NCBI GenBank assembly: GCA_030704615.1
Contig: CM060732.1
Location: 60,388,001 to 60,452,000 of the forward strand
DNA: 64,000 nt
Source of the DNA: Takakia lepidozioides
Lineage: Eukaryota > Plantae > Bryophyta
Reading direction: 5' to 3'
Notes under the pieces: generated by a model
Told to the model about the DNA's origin: nothing
Seen by the model: the letters and a program-made list of their open reading frames with translations, nothing else
The model's database searches: none
Made by a program: the position numbers and the translations under genes
In this document: piece after piece, positions 39,720-53,284 of the stretch
Layout of the letters: every line of letters begins with the position of its first letter
Position numbering within the stretch: position 1 is the first letter of the stretch

Positions 39720-42700
39720 TCAAAAGTTCTGAACCTCCTTGGTTGGGCGATTTCGAGCCTGTATGTGGGGTAGAGCTGGTGGGCCGATCCATGATAAAAT
39801 CACAGGAAGAAGGACAAATCCATTTAAGAATGCCAGGACACCCATTATCGTGAACATTCCAAAATAGTACAGCCTGAATGCATGGTATCTGCACCAGAAG
39901 AGTAGAGATCAGTGATTGTCTGGGAAACGTTAGCACATCATCTAGTATCGTCAACTACTTGAAGAGAAGCAGCAATAAATCAAACACTTTAATCAAGGAG
40001 GACCTATGAGACAAGATGAGAGGGAGAGACAGGTGAATGTCAGGCAGAAAGCTTACTTCACAAAGATGAGAGGAAATGTTGCAATAAATTGAGTCCCAAA
40101 ACCATGTAGAAGAGGTTCTAAGGTCCACTCCAGAGCTTTTCCCACACGGAAGTTGCGGGTCCCGTCTACCACCAAGAAGGACCTTGCCAAGTATGTGAAC
40201 TCCGATGCCATACCGATCTGCAATTTGTAGTAGTACATATTGGCATTCAAAGTAAGTTCCACATATAAACCAGAGAACACCACCACCCTCATGCGTTGCT
40301 CTTATGTGCGGACAAATCCATATAGACAACATTTGCCCTTGCCTCTTTGGACAAATGAGACTCTAATGAGATGCTAAAGCTGCATGTACTTCATGACGTC
40401 CGAGGAAAGCTCAAAGAGCTTATGGGACAAGAGAAAGCAAGAAACAAGAAAGAGTGAAAGAGAGTGAAAGTGATGAGGAAAGAGGGGTAATGAAATGGTG
40501 CTTTAAGAAAGACTCGCGTTGCATGATACAAAGTGATTCAGGCTCAACAAATCAAATGCAGGAGTAATGCCATTGGCAGGTGATAGCAGAAGAACTCAAG
40601 CAGGGCAATGGGAGATCGCTTGTGCAACTTACAACAATGCCAAGATTAACAAGTGACAGAGCTGCCCGTTCCAAGCCGCAACATATGCATCCAATACAGC
40701 CAGCAAGTCAGGTTAATCTATGGTCAACAACAGTATATAGAGGTAATATCTGCACATCCACAGCATGCTTCATCCAATTCATATCAATCGATGGAAAAGA
40801 TAAAAGAGTAATCACAGCACTCCTTGAATTCCTTCCCAGACCACTAGATACAGTTTCGATCAAGGGGACCATATACAAAGCTTCAGCAAGAAAGGAAACT
40901 GCTGTGGTCCCATGAACATAAGATATATGGCATAGAATGTCACCATTTAGTTTGGCGCCAATGATATAGATGAAGCCATAGACTTCAAGGTCAACCATGA
41001 GCAAAACAATGGCAATGATGAAGGACATGGTGATGCTGAACTGGAAGACAAGCACTGCAATAAACACTCCCACTTTCCATGTACAAAATTTGAATATATT
41101 GTTAGTCATAACACGCAATAAAGAGCTCCGGGATTTTTCATACCCCACATCATCTCATGAACAGTAAAAAGGAAAAAGACCCTTCTGTTATATCTGCCTC
41201 TTCCAGATTCGAAGATTGTTAAGATGAATGATGAAACAAATACATGAGAAGTACTTGCCACACAGAGCCGTTACAACCTGTCAAATTATTTACGGCACAT
41301 AAACAACTGTTCCCAAAACAGTGAGGAATTTACAATACTTACCCAATGCCAGGCCAACCACCAGGTAGAGATCATGGTAGCTGTGTAGATATTGCTCAAA
41401 ATAGAGGAACGGGTAACCATACATGTATGCCACCTTCTGACCAAACTTTGTATTCAGGTCATCTACTGTCTGCCTTGTTGCTTTCATCATGGCCAGATTG
41501 GGTTGAACTTCAGCGCCCAAGTGACCTGCAAACAGCTGGCATGATAGAAGAGGGAGAGTTTTAGGTACAAATAATGGCTTTCAGCAAAAGAAACTGGAGT
41601 TTGAAATAACAAGGAAGGTCTGTTCAACAATTGTTGCACCACTTCTCAAGGGGAAGTGTCATAGTGGTTATTGCCTGAAGAGTACTCACCACCGTCTTTG
41701 AGGCCCCAATTCGGAAGTTGGGATTCGGCCTGTATCCTGGAGCTCCAGGGTCCACAAAGCAGCTCAAATGCTCTCGGGATAAGGCATCCTCACAGTACAG
41801 ATCCTGCTGGGACACTATACCTGAGAAACAGCAGAAAAGAAACAGAAATCAGTTCTCTCTAATTGTGCAACTCTGGTCCCAATAAGTGGCCTTCTCTAAA
41901 GGCATACAAGTTTGCAAAGAACACAGTCTGTCATTACTAGCCGTCTCAGGTCACTTCCAAGTCAATCAGTCAGACTCTGCAGAATTGCAGTGATGAGAAA
42001 CATGTTGATGTGACTGGAGTAAAAATAAGAGGACATGATGTTTCAATAAACATGTTGCACGCTCCTAATCACTAGCATAATCCATCAACTAGTTGTGCTT
42101 ACCAAGAGGGGAAGACGACCATGGCTTTTCGTACGCATAGAAAGTTACATTGGGTGGCAGAGGCCAGCCTACTCCCAGAGACAAATTGTTCCAGAGGTAC
42201 ATGTTACCAAGAAACGAGGTTTCTAACACCTGGCCCACCCTCAATGCGTTAGTTGGCTGTGGAATGAATTAGTGAGAAAAACCACGCCAAGTGAGAGGAG
42301 AAACAACGTTTGGTCTGATGTAGTGATTTAGACAAAATATAAGTCTAGATGTTCCAATGGAAGGTTTTTCTCTGCTCTCACGCGCAATATCCAATGTCAG
42401 GATGTCTACAAAGTGTAGCAAATTTTATTCCGTCCAGATGATAAACTTTTATAGCTATTTGGCAAGCTTTACAAGAGAAAAAGCTCGGATCGCTGATGTG
42501 AAATCCAGGCTGCTGGGATCCTGAACCTGTGGGGAAGATATAGCTGATACGAGGTCATAGGCCTTGAATCACTGTCATGACTATTGGCTGTTAGGACTAA
42601 CCAGGAACCAAAGAATTGATCAGTCAACCATATTCCCTCCCTCCTGTCTCACAGATCATACCCTGGGTTGTGCGGGTGCCCACTGCGTCAAATTCTGAAG

Positions 42701-45700
42701 AGCCTCAAAAACCTCTACCAAATTGCTCTGCTGACTGGGCATGTCAATGTCACGCGTCACGATCCACTGAAATTACACGCCACATACGAGATGTCAATAG
42801 AAAATACAGAAGCAGACCTGCCAATAGAAACACTTCAAAACAGATGGAAAAGCATCTCTGACACAAGTGGAGATACTTACCACATCATAATTCAGGAACC
42901 TGTCCTCTGTAACTACTGCAAAGGTGTTTTGGTATGACCCTGTCAAATACACAACAACCAATCCTTTCAGTTGTTTCCTAACATATCCTCTCCTTCCCTG
43001 TCACCCCGTTGATCTGGACCTTTCACATAAAAGTTTCGTTCGTTCTTTCTCTTGACCCATAAGTTCTTTGAGCTTTCCTCGGATGTAATAAAGCACCATT
43101 CATTTCATTTCTTGCTGTTTCTTTAGCCCAATTACGAGCAGTAGTTGCTTTTGGGCTGCTTTTTTACTTTCGTTTCATCTCCTCTCTCTTGCTTTTTCCA
43201 ATTTTGTCCCATAAGCTCTTTGACCTTTCCGCAGACTTTATGAAGTACCATTTCATTTCATTTCTTATCAGAAGTCCACTAAGACCATTTCTTTTATCTT
43301 ATGAATCCAGATTCTAGACCGTCATAGACAGAAAGGTAACCAAAAGAATACCTGTCAATGTGACATCTGAAAGCCTGAGGCCATGGTCCACCTTTTTAAA
43401 GCCCAGGTATATCATGGACCCCAACAGCGCCGCAAACACCACAACCTGGATAAATCTTGACAAGGTCAAACATAGTACTAACTTCAATGAAAACTACAAC
43501 AAAGAACTAATATAGAACAAGAAAGACAGAAATGAATTGAAATGGAATGGAACTTTATAACATCCGCCGAAAGCTCAAAGAGCTTATGGGACAAAAGAAA
43601 AGAAAGAAACAAGAAAGAATAAAAGACAGAGAGAAGCCAGAAGCAGCCCAAAAGCAACTACAAGAAATGAATGATATGAAATGGTACTTTATAATGTCCG
43701 TGGAAAGCTCAAAGAGCTTATGGGACAAAATGGAAAAATAAACATGAGAGTAGACAAAACCAGAGCCAAAAAAAAAACACATTATCATGTCCACGGAAAA
43801 GGACAATTGAAAGAAACAAATAGGAAACAAGAAATGAAATGAAATGGTGCTTTATAACGACGAGGAGAATCAAAGAGAAGGAGAAAGTTTTTAGGGAGAA
43901 AGGTTTTCTTCCACCCACCAAACACTTTTGTGGTCAACATACTGCCCAGAGAATACATGCAAAATCTGCACTTTGATGGTTTGGGCTTTACCACAGTGAC
44001 TTTAAAAACGTTGTTCTCGAAGAGAGGGGCATAATACTTGGCCACCCAGCGAGAAACTGCAGAGCTGCCCGTGCTTTCTTGGAAGCCTACATCTGTGACA
44101 TCCACTGTAGAGCGTATTTGCTCCTTGACTGGTGATGTGCCTGCATAAGTCCCTGTGATTGCATTTCCCATGCACAACTACAGTTCTCAACACTTGACCT
44201 GAGCGCAACTTCATTGTCCAGCCTAGATCTTCATTCCTTTGTCACTCACGAAATCCATAAATGGTGAACAGCTTGGTATGAATGCCTCTTCCTCAGACCA
44301 CACCACCCCATGTGGAGGCCATCACCTTTGAAATTAATAATATGATGTGATGAGGATGTCACCAAACTTTCAAAGGGTGCAAAAGCTTGTAAAGCTGGTA
44401 ACAAGTTTAGGGTGATAACAACATACCTTCAGGAGCGGGTCCCTTTTTCCGCATTCCAAAAATTAACCATAAGTTGGGGTCATTCAAATGAGCCTGAAGA
44501 TAAAAAAACGCTGGTCAGATTATCAAAATTCAAGTGCTGCGGCTTGGGGGGCGTGAGGGAACTTAGACACCCTCAGTTGTATATCATCATACCCAACATG
44601 TACATGGAGTAATCTCAAAGTACAAATGAACGTTAAGGAGGGAAAGCAAGGCGGTTATTAGGAGGCCAAAAAGCCCATGGGGGAGAGAAAGAAATATCTT
44701 ATACCTTGACTCTTCGGGCATCAATGGCCATGACAGGCATGAAGATAAGGAGCATCCCAAGTGTATGGATGGTGGCTGTGAGGCCCATTTGCCAACAAAA
44801 CCATTGCGCTATTGGCATTGGATTCTGCCAAATCACAGTCCAGTTAGTACACAACATTCAGACATGTTATGCACAAAATCATTCAGAACAAGTCTGAGTT
44901 CGCGAGGCATTGCATTTCGACCACTAGAGGTTTTGTTTGTGATGTATCCGTGAACATTCCATACACTTTTTCATCTTCCAGTGGACATAATGGAGTTCCT
45001 TCAGGAAATACTGGTGTCACTTTGGAGATTCCTCATCCTTAGCAGAGCGTCCAGCCACTAGGACCCACAGAGCATAACAGCCGCTATGGGGCCTCTGGTT
45101 TTGTCCAGGCCCAATCGATGTTAATGATTACTTCCTTTACCTATCTCTCACGGAGGTCTTCCGTTATGAGGATCAGAAATGCTTGGCAGCTTGCCTGCTG
45201 CACAAAGCCTTGACTCTTAGACAATCCCTTGAGCGTTGCTTTTGGGCTGCTTACAGCCCCTCTCTTGTTTGTCTTCATCTTGTCGCTTCAGCTCATGAGC
45301 TTCCCCCGGACATCACAAAGTACCATTTCATTTCATTTCGTTTCTGTCTGTTTTCCTTCTTCTGTCTTTCCCCAGCACAATGCAAGTGCATCACCAGCTT
45401 CACTTCCATTTGGTTTGGATTCAAGAAAGTCTGTAAGACCACCTAGAAACTGCTAGTCAGAATGCTCCGAACTTAAGATAGGCAGCAGTAAAGGCTCTAC
45501 TAAGGTCCAACAAGCTCACCAAAGAAGAGATAAAGAAGGCCGCCAAGACAGAAAAAGTGGTGAGAACAACTGAGGGTCCAGCCAGGGCCAACGCAAGTCG
45601 CATTTCACGTTCAGGCACAGTGTCACCGGGAGTGCTCAAAGCCTGGAGTGTTGGGTCCTCTAGAAAGTTGCGCAGTATGCTAACCAGTACAAAGACATCA

Positions 45701-48700
45701 TCAATACCTGCATCAGAGGTCATCAGCTTAGCACAGGTTACAATTATCTTAAGAGAATCTATGGTGGACAAGTTATGCAGAAGTAATCAAATGGAACAAA
45801 GAGTTTTAGCCACTTGAATTGAGCTGGCAGCTTACCTTTCTGACAACAAAGGCACTGGATACATTTGAGCTGATACTTCTTAATAGACCTTGCAACAAAT
45901 GTTTGAAATTGTTTCACTCAATTCAAAGCTACTGCAAATCTAACTTGCACATAACACCTTTGTTCAGTTCGGAGTTTATTTCAACCCTCTTAGATGTTAC
46001 CAGAAAGAACACCTGAGAAAAGAGTTGTGACTTGAGATTACCAAGGCCAAGCGCAAGGAATGGAACAACAGAGCCTGCCAAAGGAGAGAAAGAAATGCCG
46101 CAAAATGCAGTGATACCAAAGCCGGCCACGACAGCAAAAGTTACTGTAGCCATGCCCTGCATCAACCAAATTGGATAAATTAACACTTCTCCCTTCATTC
46201 TGATAGTAGCAGAACAAGACCAACATTTGTTGGGGTCACGAAGGAAGAAGGGATTGAAGCTTACTGTTAGTGCAAGCCAAGTGTGTGAATGCACAGGGTC
46301 ACGAACGTCAACAAATACAATAAAAGCGTAAGTGGATGTCAGGACAACGCTGAGGATGATTTGCCAGAGTGGAGCTTTACTGGCATCTGAAATAATATCC
46401 TGTGAGGATTTCTGCACCCCACAAAGGACAGCAACAGTCTTCTCACTTCAGTACGTAAATGTGGAAGGTTCCTCCTCACCAGGGCACTGCATCTCAAGAT
46501 GATACTATGTTTCATTGGTGACCTTGCCTGATGACCTCGTGCCTAGGCACAAAGCTCATGGGCACCCACTTCCACCACCACCTCTGTGACTGATAATATA
46601 GCAACAAAGGGTTGGTAAATTTACGGGGCATCCCATTATTTCCACCCACAAAAATGGAGGGAGACCAAGATAGCTTCATGCAGAGCATCTAAGAGACCTT
46701 CTAAATGCAGAGTCTCATGAAATAGCAAACTAATCATGCATTGAATATTCTGCTGCCTGAAGCCATGCCAAGGCAGACCACAAGATGAAGAGAGTGAAGT
46801 CCACTTGCGTGTAAAAGTCAAAGATGAAGAAAGTATAATCTACTTGAATGTAGAATTCAAGCACCGGTTCTTAGCCACCTTCACATAAGAGATAGGAGTA
46901 CCACAACCATAACATCCTCCCTGACCAAACCTGTAGGGTACACTACTCACCCACATATTGAACTCCAATTGAAGGTCAGCAAATTTCTCGCCTGGCCCAA
47001 AGGAGGTGTTGGCTGTGTGCTGCCACATAGGTTCAAGAAAGTTGATCATCACGTCCTCCCAGTCCTTAACCAGGTGTTCCAGAGCTATTGTATCATAATT
47101 AGTTCCAAGTTTAGAGTTGATGTACTCAACAAACAGTGGGTGGCCTTGGTGATAGTTGTTGGACCCCCACCGAATCCCTCCTAGCTGCGAACAATACCAA
47201 CACCAAGACCAAGTTAGATTGGATGACCTTTCTCACAATCACCATGTCCATGTCCCTCATAAAGGCTTGCACATTAGTCCCAACTGTCGTTTCTCTTTGA
47301 GCTTTCCGCGGACGTTATAAAGTACCATTTCATGTCATTTCTTGTCCTCAGTAAAATAAGAGCTATCTTGCAGATATATGGAGGCACGGATTGGATTCCA
47401 TCGTTCGAGTTGAGGAAATTGCTTAAGTGTGCCATTTAGTGACAAAAACTACATGCATTCACATTTCTTCACCCCCTGCAACCTCTTCCCCCTCCTGCTT
47501 CTGTCAGGTGCATGGGCTTTTGCCTCAGGATGTGTGAACCTGCCCCATATGACTACTCTCTCTAACTATTACACAATAACTCAATGGCCACAAGGCTACG
47601 GCAAACAACGTCTTATGAATACATTCTCTCTAACTATTACAATATGTTTGCTTTTAGTTGTAGTGCAAGAGAATGAGAGATTAAAAGCATTATTGGGCTC
47701 TGTACCTTGGTGATGTTGGTCCCAGAGGCATCGTACTCCATACTACCAAAGGACGTCAATACGGGTATGTGTACTCCAAACCAAGTTACACAACACGGCA
47801 GCTTACCCCCAATGCATTGCACAGCCTGCATTCCAGTACGCAGTTGATCAGGTGAACACAAGAACAAATTCAAATCAACTGGATCCCACAGAGTTCAAAC
47901 CCAAACACCACAAGTAGATCCAGAGGAAGAGCAAAAGACAGATTTGAATAAAGTAAGATATAAGGAGCATCAGACATCCACAGGAAGACCAAATAGCTTA
48001 TGCAAAACAAACAAGCAATAGAAAACCAGGCCTATATCACTTCTCAACGTTTCGTCGAGAAAGCTAAGCTGCCGAGCATTTCTGGTCTTCATAGCTAAGC
48101 ACGCAGTGGTCAGTAAAAGCACACCCACTTGAGCATCTGCAGGGTCCTTGTTCATATGACGTCCATTTTCAATAGCATCATTGAAGTGATCTAGTATCTG
48201 CACTCCCACCACAGGAACCACCAACCTCAGTGTTAACGATACTTACCATAGACCTGCACACGCACCCATACAGACAGGCCTGGATGATGCCAGACATTTG
48301 TTGAGAAAAAAAAACACCATAGTGCAGAGAAGAGTGTAATGGGTTTTGCTTCCATCCCACTACAGTCAAGGCGTTCTTACCTCTTGGTTTGAAGTCATTT
48401 TGGAGTAGGGTTTGCGCCAGCGATAACCCCAGGTATAAGCCAGCTTCATAAAAGACTGAACTCCATTCAAAATCTGTTTGTGCCAACCATGCACCAGAAT
48501 AATGAGAACGTCTGATTCCCAGAAAAATAATGTTCATCAATACTTCTTTCACGCACTCAGCGCAACTCTGTAAATGGAAGCACATTGGGGTGAGAATCAT
48601 ACAACTGGAATATCCAGCACCTAGCACAAATGAGCCAAAAACGGGATACACCTATGGTACTAAATCTTCACTCCCTGTCATTAAGGGTGTAGTGTTTCTC

Positions 48701-51058
48701 ACTTGAGGGATAGTCGTATTGGGTAGATTGTTCGCTGCAAATGTTTTGGTCAGATTAGCCTCGAGCAAATTAAAACAGTGAACAGGGACATTTTTCATGT
48801 TTGCAAAGGCCACTATGAGATCTATTATTGACAAGCCCGTAGCGTTCGCAACATCAGGCACCGGGTTTTCCAACTGTTTGAGCGCTTCTGGGTAGTCAAA
48901 ATCTCCTCCTTCTTTGAAACAGTCCATGGGCGTGAGCTTTGTGCAGGGAAATTTGTCAATGCCCCAACCTTGAGGCAGGCCAATGGATGTATTCACCCTA
49001 CCCTCATAAGTCCAGAAGATAGAACACTCGGATAGGAACTGTAACCCCCACGATCCCCAATTCCCATCCACAAGCGGGTTCACCCCTGGCCTGAGAGCGA
49101 CAGGAACCAACGGCCTCTCACAGAAATCAGACTGCCACAAGACAGATACTTGGAGTAAGTAAATACACATGACATGGTGGCATAGGCAACAAGAAAATAC
49201 ATATTCTAAACCTCTCCTTCTATCCACTTCCCTCACCAGAGAGTGATCCTCTTCAGGACGATCAAGAACATTGTCCCTGCACCTCTGCTCACCAACTTTC
49301 AAAATCTTGAGGCTGAGCCTAAAGCCCTGGCCCTCTTGGGTCTAATTGCTGGGCACCTCACACACAGCAAGTTGATGTTTGTGTGAAGGACTTTCTAGAG
49401 GATATCTGGAGAAACCTGAACTAATTGTCTTTATCAAGGTAAGTCACACTACCGGAGTGAGCCCCTCACAAAGATAGTTTCAGATCCCTTTTGTTCCACC
49501 TAAACTGGGCGTGGGGTCTATGGCCACAAGGCTACAGCAAACAACGTCTTATGAGTACATTCTATCCACTTCCCTCTCCTCTGCTCTCTCAAACATTATA
49601 CAAAACACCAAATTTTTGGCTTGCTGCCACCCACAAATGTTGTAGGAGCAGGTCAGGTCATGCCATGCTTCCCAGTCATCTGAGACCCAATGGTTCTTAG
49701 TCACTACAATTGCACTCTAATCTGTTCTGCTGTGTAGATCGCAATAGGTGCCAATATGCAGAACCCAATTGGAAGGAACAGACTTGCTGATGATTAGTTA
49801 CCACCGCATTATAGTGACCTGCTGCTTTCTTGAAAATACAATTATGTATTCGAACCAACACACAGGAAAGGCCGATAAACCTTACATTGCCAAGATTGTA
49901 TGTTGTTTTCCCAACAGTTTTTGGCATGCTCAGACTGTCATACAGGGGTGCAACAGCACTTGTCAAGGCGTCCATGGATCTTTTCAGATCAATTTGATCA
50001 TCTGCCGATTTCAACGACGTTACTGTGACTGACTCCTTCCGGGGTATACCCCCAAATCTGCCAAATCAGACATCACCGCATGAGCAAAAGCACAGACATA
50101 GGAAAACCCTTCGGACTGTTCCAGTTGGATGATCTAAGGCTTTCCACTGTCTGATGCAAACAGATACTAGAAGCCAAAGCCAACATGGGCACACATTGAG
50201 TCTCCATTGAATATGCCATAATAGCGCTTTAGTTCGGAGTGCCCTGAAATGAGACAATGCAGAGCCAAAAGAAGGCACACAGAGAAGGACGGCAATGGAA
50301 CAGGGACCTCAGCTGATTTACTTAAGTTCACCTCCTAAGTTGATGGACGTTTTAACTCAGCCTTGTAACAAACATCAATTTTCCCCAAACAGCAAGTTGG
50401 GGAAGCATGACAGATGTATTACTGGATGCAGCATATCCACAGCCTACTGATTAAGTCCCTCTCAACTGGCCGTTGTTTGCTTGACAGACCTGGATTCAGA
50501 AATATGAACAACTGAAACAAGTTACCACATAGCCCAGCCTGAAGTTCGGGCACCCACCGTTCATTGAAGAAGATCCGCTCTTCTACAACCCGTGAATTGT
50601 GCTCCACCCATAGCCTTTCCAAGTCTGTCTCTTTCTTTCCTTTGAGGATACCCACTGAGAGACCAGCCAGAAGCACGAGTCCAATTCTGAAAAGCCAAAA
50701 GAAATCAGAAAATTAAAATTATTTGGAAGTGGCAGGACATACGGCCTAATTCCACTTGCCAGGAGTCCAGGAATTAAGAGGCAAATTACACCAGGGATTT
50801 AAAAACCCTGCAGTTGGACCAATATGCTCCTGCTGAGCAGATACGTAAATTGACTGTCATAATCTACTCGACTGGCCCAGTTCTGCTTATGACTCATTGG
50901 CCTGTCACACAAGGGTGGGACAGAGTTGAGAGAGTACAAGGAAGCCTTACACAAGAGGAATCAATGGTTTGCGGGCAACAAAGGAGCCATAGCCAGAAAA
51001 GACATCATTCATAGCCAAGTGATATGACCCCAGCAGCCGCCGGAATCTGCTAACAACC
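39720..51058 (-). CDS. Patched-like RND/sterol-sensing-domain membrane protein, about 20 or more exons; 5' end unresolved (5' UTR probably near 53280)
   Basis: Exon peptides ETDLERLWVEHNSRV, FPCTKLTPMDCFKEG, VVPFLALGLGIDDVFVL, AGPSVVLTT, MPVMAIDARR, KVDHGLRLSDV, GYPFLYFEQYL, GMASEFTYLARSFL..RVGKALE..EPLLHG, FLNGFVLLPVILSWIGP occur in collinear order. Stop TGA at 39720-39722. Confidence 0.9.
43051..43875. repeat. Cluster of five short LINE 3'-tail fragments (same family as 7472-8700): two on +, three on -
   Basis: TTGTCCCATAAGCTCTTTGAGCTTTCC..GACGTTATAAAGCACCATTTCATTTC-like copies at about 43051 and 43201 (+) and about 43535, 43670 and 43830 (-). Further copies at about 40390 (-), 45150-45340 (+) and 47290 (+). 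Confidence 0.85.
45150..45340 (+). mobile_element. Severely 5'-truncated copy of the RTE-X-like LINE in an intron
   Basis: GTCTTCCGTTATGAGGATCAGAAATGCTTGGCAGC... matches 8507-8585 and ends in an ATTTC tail. Confidence 0.8.
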
Positions 51059-53237
51059 TGTACACCTCCAAATCACAGGACTGTATCCATCAGGCTAGGG
51101 TGGACATCAACCAGCCTGCAATAGAGGGAATCAAACTACCCTTGGCAAGTAACTTTTAGGAGTACAGATGTTGGGATTCTGTTTCCTACTGAGTTACAAG
51201 GAGAGTGTCAGAGCGGGGCCCTGATTTCAACCTGCAAATCTTCTAAAGGACATGTTGCATCATCCAGGCTGCATTGTCTTCAACCTTTCAAGATGGTGGG
51301 CATACACGCATTTCATTGAAATGGAAATTAGAAGCTCTGTTCAGACACACTAATCGGAGATATTCACCAATTATGCTTTTGAGCTGTGAGGAAGGTCTGA
51401 AAATGACGTTGTCTAGCAGATCATTTCTGTGTGGGCATCTGACTTATATTGCATGCAAGAAAAACACGTCATCCTTCTGAGCTTTCGCCCCCAGTGACAA
51501 CCCCCACCCACAAATTACGAATTCATCACTTTTTGAAGAAGCATTCTGACTAGGTACGCCCTTCATCTCACACTCAAATTTAAGATCGTGCTCTAACATA
51601 TTAACCTTGAAGAACTAAGTGTCGAGTTCCCATGCTGGATAATATTTTCCTCTTCCGAAGAAGGGGGAAGAAGAGGAAGAGAGGATACAGGGAACGACAC
51701 AAGCTTGAGAGCTGTTCGTCTTCCTTCCCTTAAAACCATACTACTCCAAGACTTCCATTTTGGAAAGATCAGAGAAGCAGTGTGACATGTGTGACGGGGA
51801 AATAAAGTGCTGGGTTGTCAAATCGATTACTCACCCCCATGGTTGAAGGAAGATATTCAACAGGATTTTTTGACACACCCGACGTTGAGCGAAGTTACAG
51901 ATGCATCTCCTGCTAGCACAAAAACAAGCAACAGAGATATCAAAACATGACCTTACTTCATGGCTCTACTTCTAGGAGGTAATAAACTATGTTCTTCCTT
52001 TCTCAATACTCCCCACTGTGAGCCCAACTCAATGACGGGTTCCATACAGGACCATTGGATGAGTTGTCTAATGCAGTCAAAAGTTTTAAGGTGCTGGTAT
52101 TGCCTATCTAAGGTGTGAAGTTCGACTTGGAACAATTCAGACAAAGCGGCCCAGTGCGAGGTCTTGACTGGGAAACGACATTAAAGATGATCCTTTTGAT
52201 TTTTCAAATCCGCAGTCTTGACGTGAGTACCAACAAGAGGGAGAGATGGAAAAGGCTATGGAGAGGGAACAAGGAGAGCACAGAGACATCATGACATTTG
52301 CACTGCAGCTTGCCCTTCCACACGAGAGTGAACTTCGATATCGGGACAACAATACCTTCACAAGCGCACTGCCAAAACTATACACATGCCAAAAGCCTTG
52401 TGGTTAGTGACCCTGCCTTCCAGAATAGGTCCTAGTTTCATGACCATGTCATCGATTAAAGTATCTTCTCTATCTCGTAACCATTTGCGAGGATGATCTG
52501 CACGATCTAATTGGCATACGACAGGCCCCCAAATGCATGACGCCTCTTACATTGTTCATTTCCTTCCTCAGCTTCAATGCCGAGCGGAAAAAAATTCAGA
52601 AGTGACTCCTCAACGCATAGACGAGCGCATAGATATGAGATTGAACAACTGCCGAGTACTTTCTTGGTATCATGAGATTATAGCACCGTGATAAACACTG
52701 GCACAAGCTGTAACCTCATCGTGCTGCTAGAGCTGCACGCATTAATGACACGAACTGGGAACAACTACTCATCAGCTCAAGCTCAATTGCGTAGTAAGCC
52801 ATCTTGAAGTATGACCTGGACGAAGAAGAGAGAAGAGAAAGCTCGGGTGCGATGAATAGACGTGCACATTTGACGAGGACATCTCATACCTATTACCGAC
52901 ATGCCCGCAAGAGATCCCAAAAAAGAATCAAAGTGATTTACAACTACAGTCGAGGCCCACCATCCAAGAGAGAGCTCGCAAGTTAAGCTGAATTCCTGTC
53001 TGTAAGTGAGTTGGGAAGAAGACTCCCACATTGCACTAAACTACGGCTAATATTGATGACAATCAATTGTACCTCAGATGCGAGACTTTCACTTCACAGT
53101 GCGATGCGTACACAAAACTTTAGCCTTGCTTAGAAACTGCGCAGTTTCATCTCTCTTGTAAAGTAGAGGCCGCCACCGCGGTATGAACAACTCTCTTCCT
53201 CAGGGACCCAAGCCAAGGATCACACAGTAGCAGTAGT

Positions 53238-53238
<1 letters not shown>

Positions 53239-53281
<43 letters not shown>
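53239..53281. repeat. (CT)n microsatellite, probably in the 5' region of the Patched-like gene
   Basis: About 21 CT units. Confidence 0.95.

Positions 53282-53284
<3 letters not shown>

Noticed and set aside
43051-43875. CRISPR-like repeat-spacer array
   Set aside because: The repeats are irregularly spaced, in both orientations, divergent, and match the LINE 3' tail at 8630-8700.
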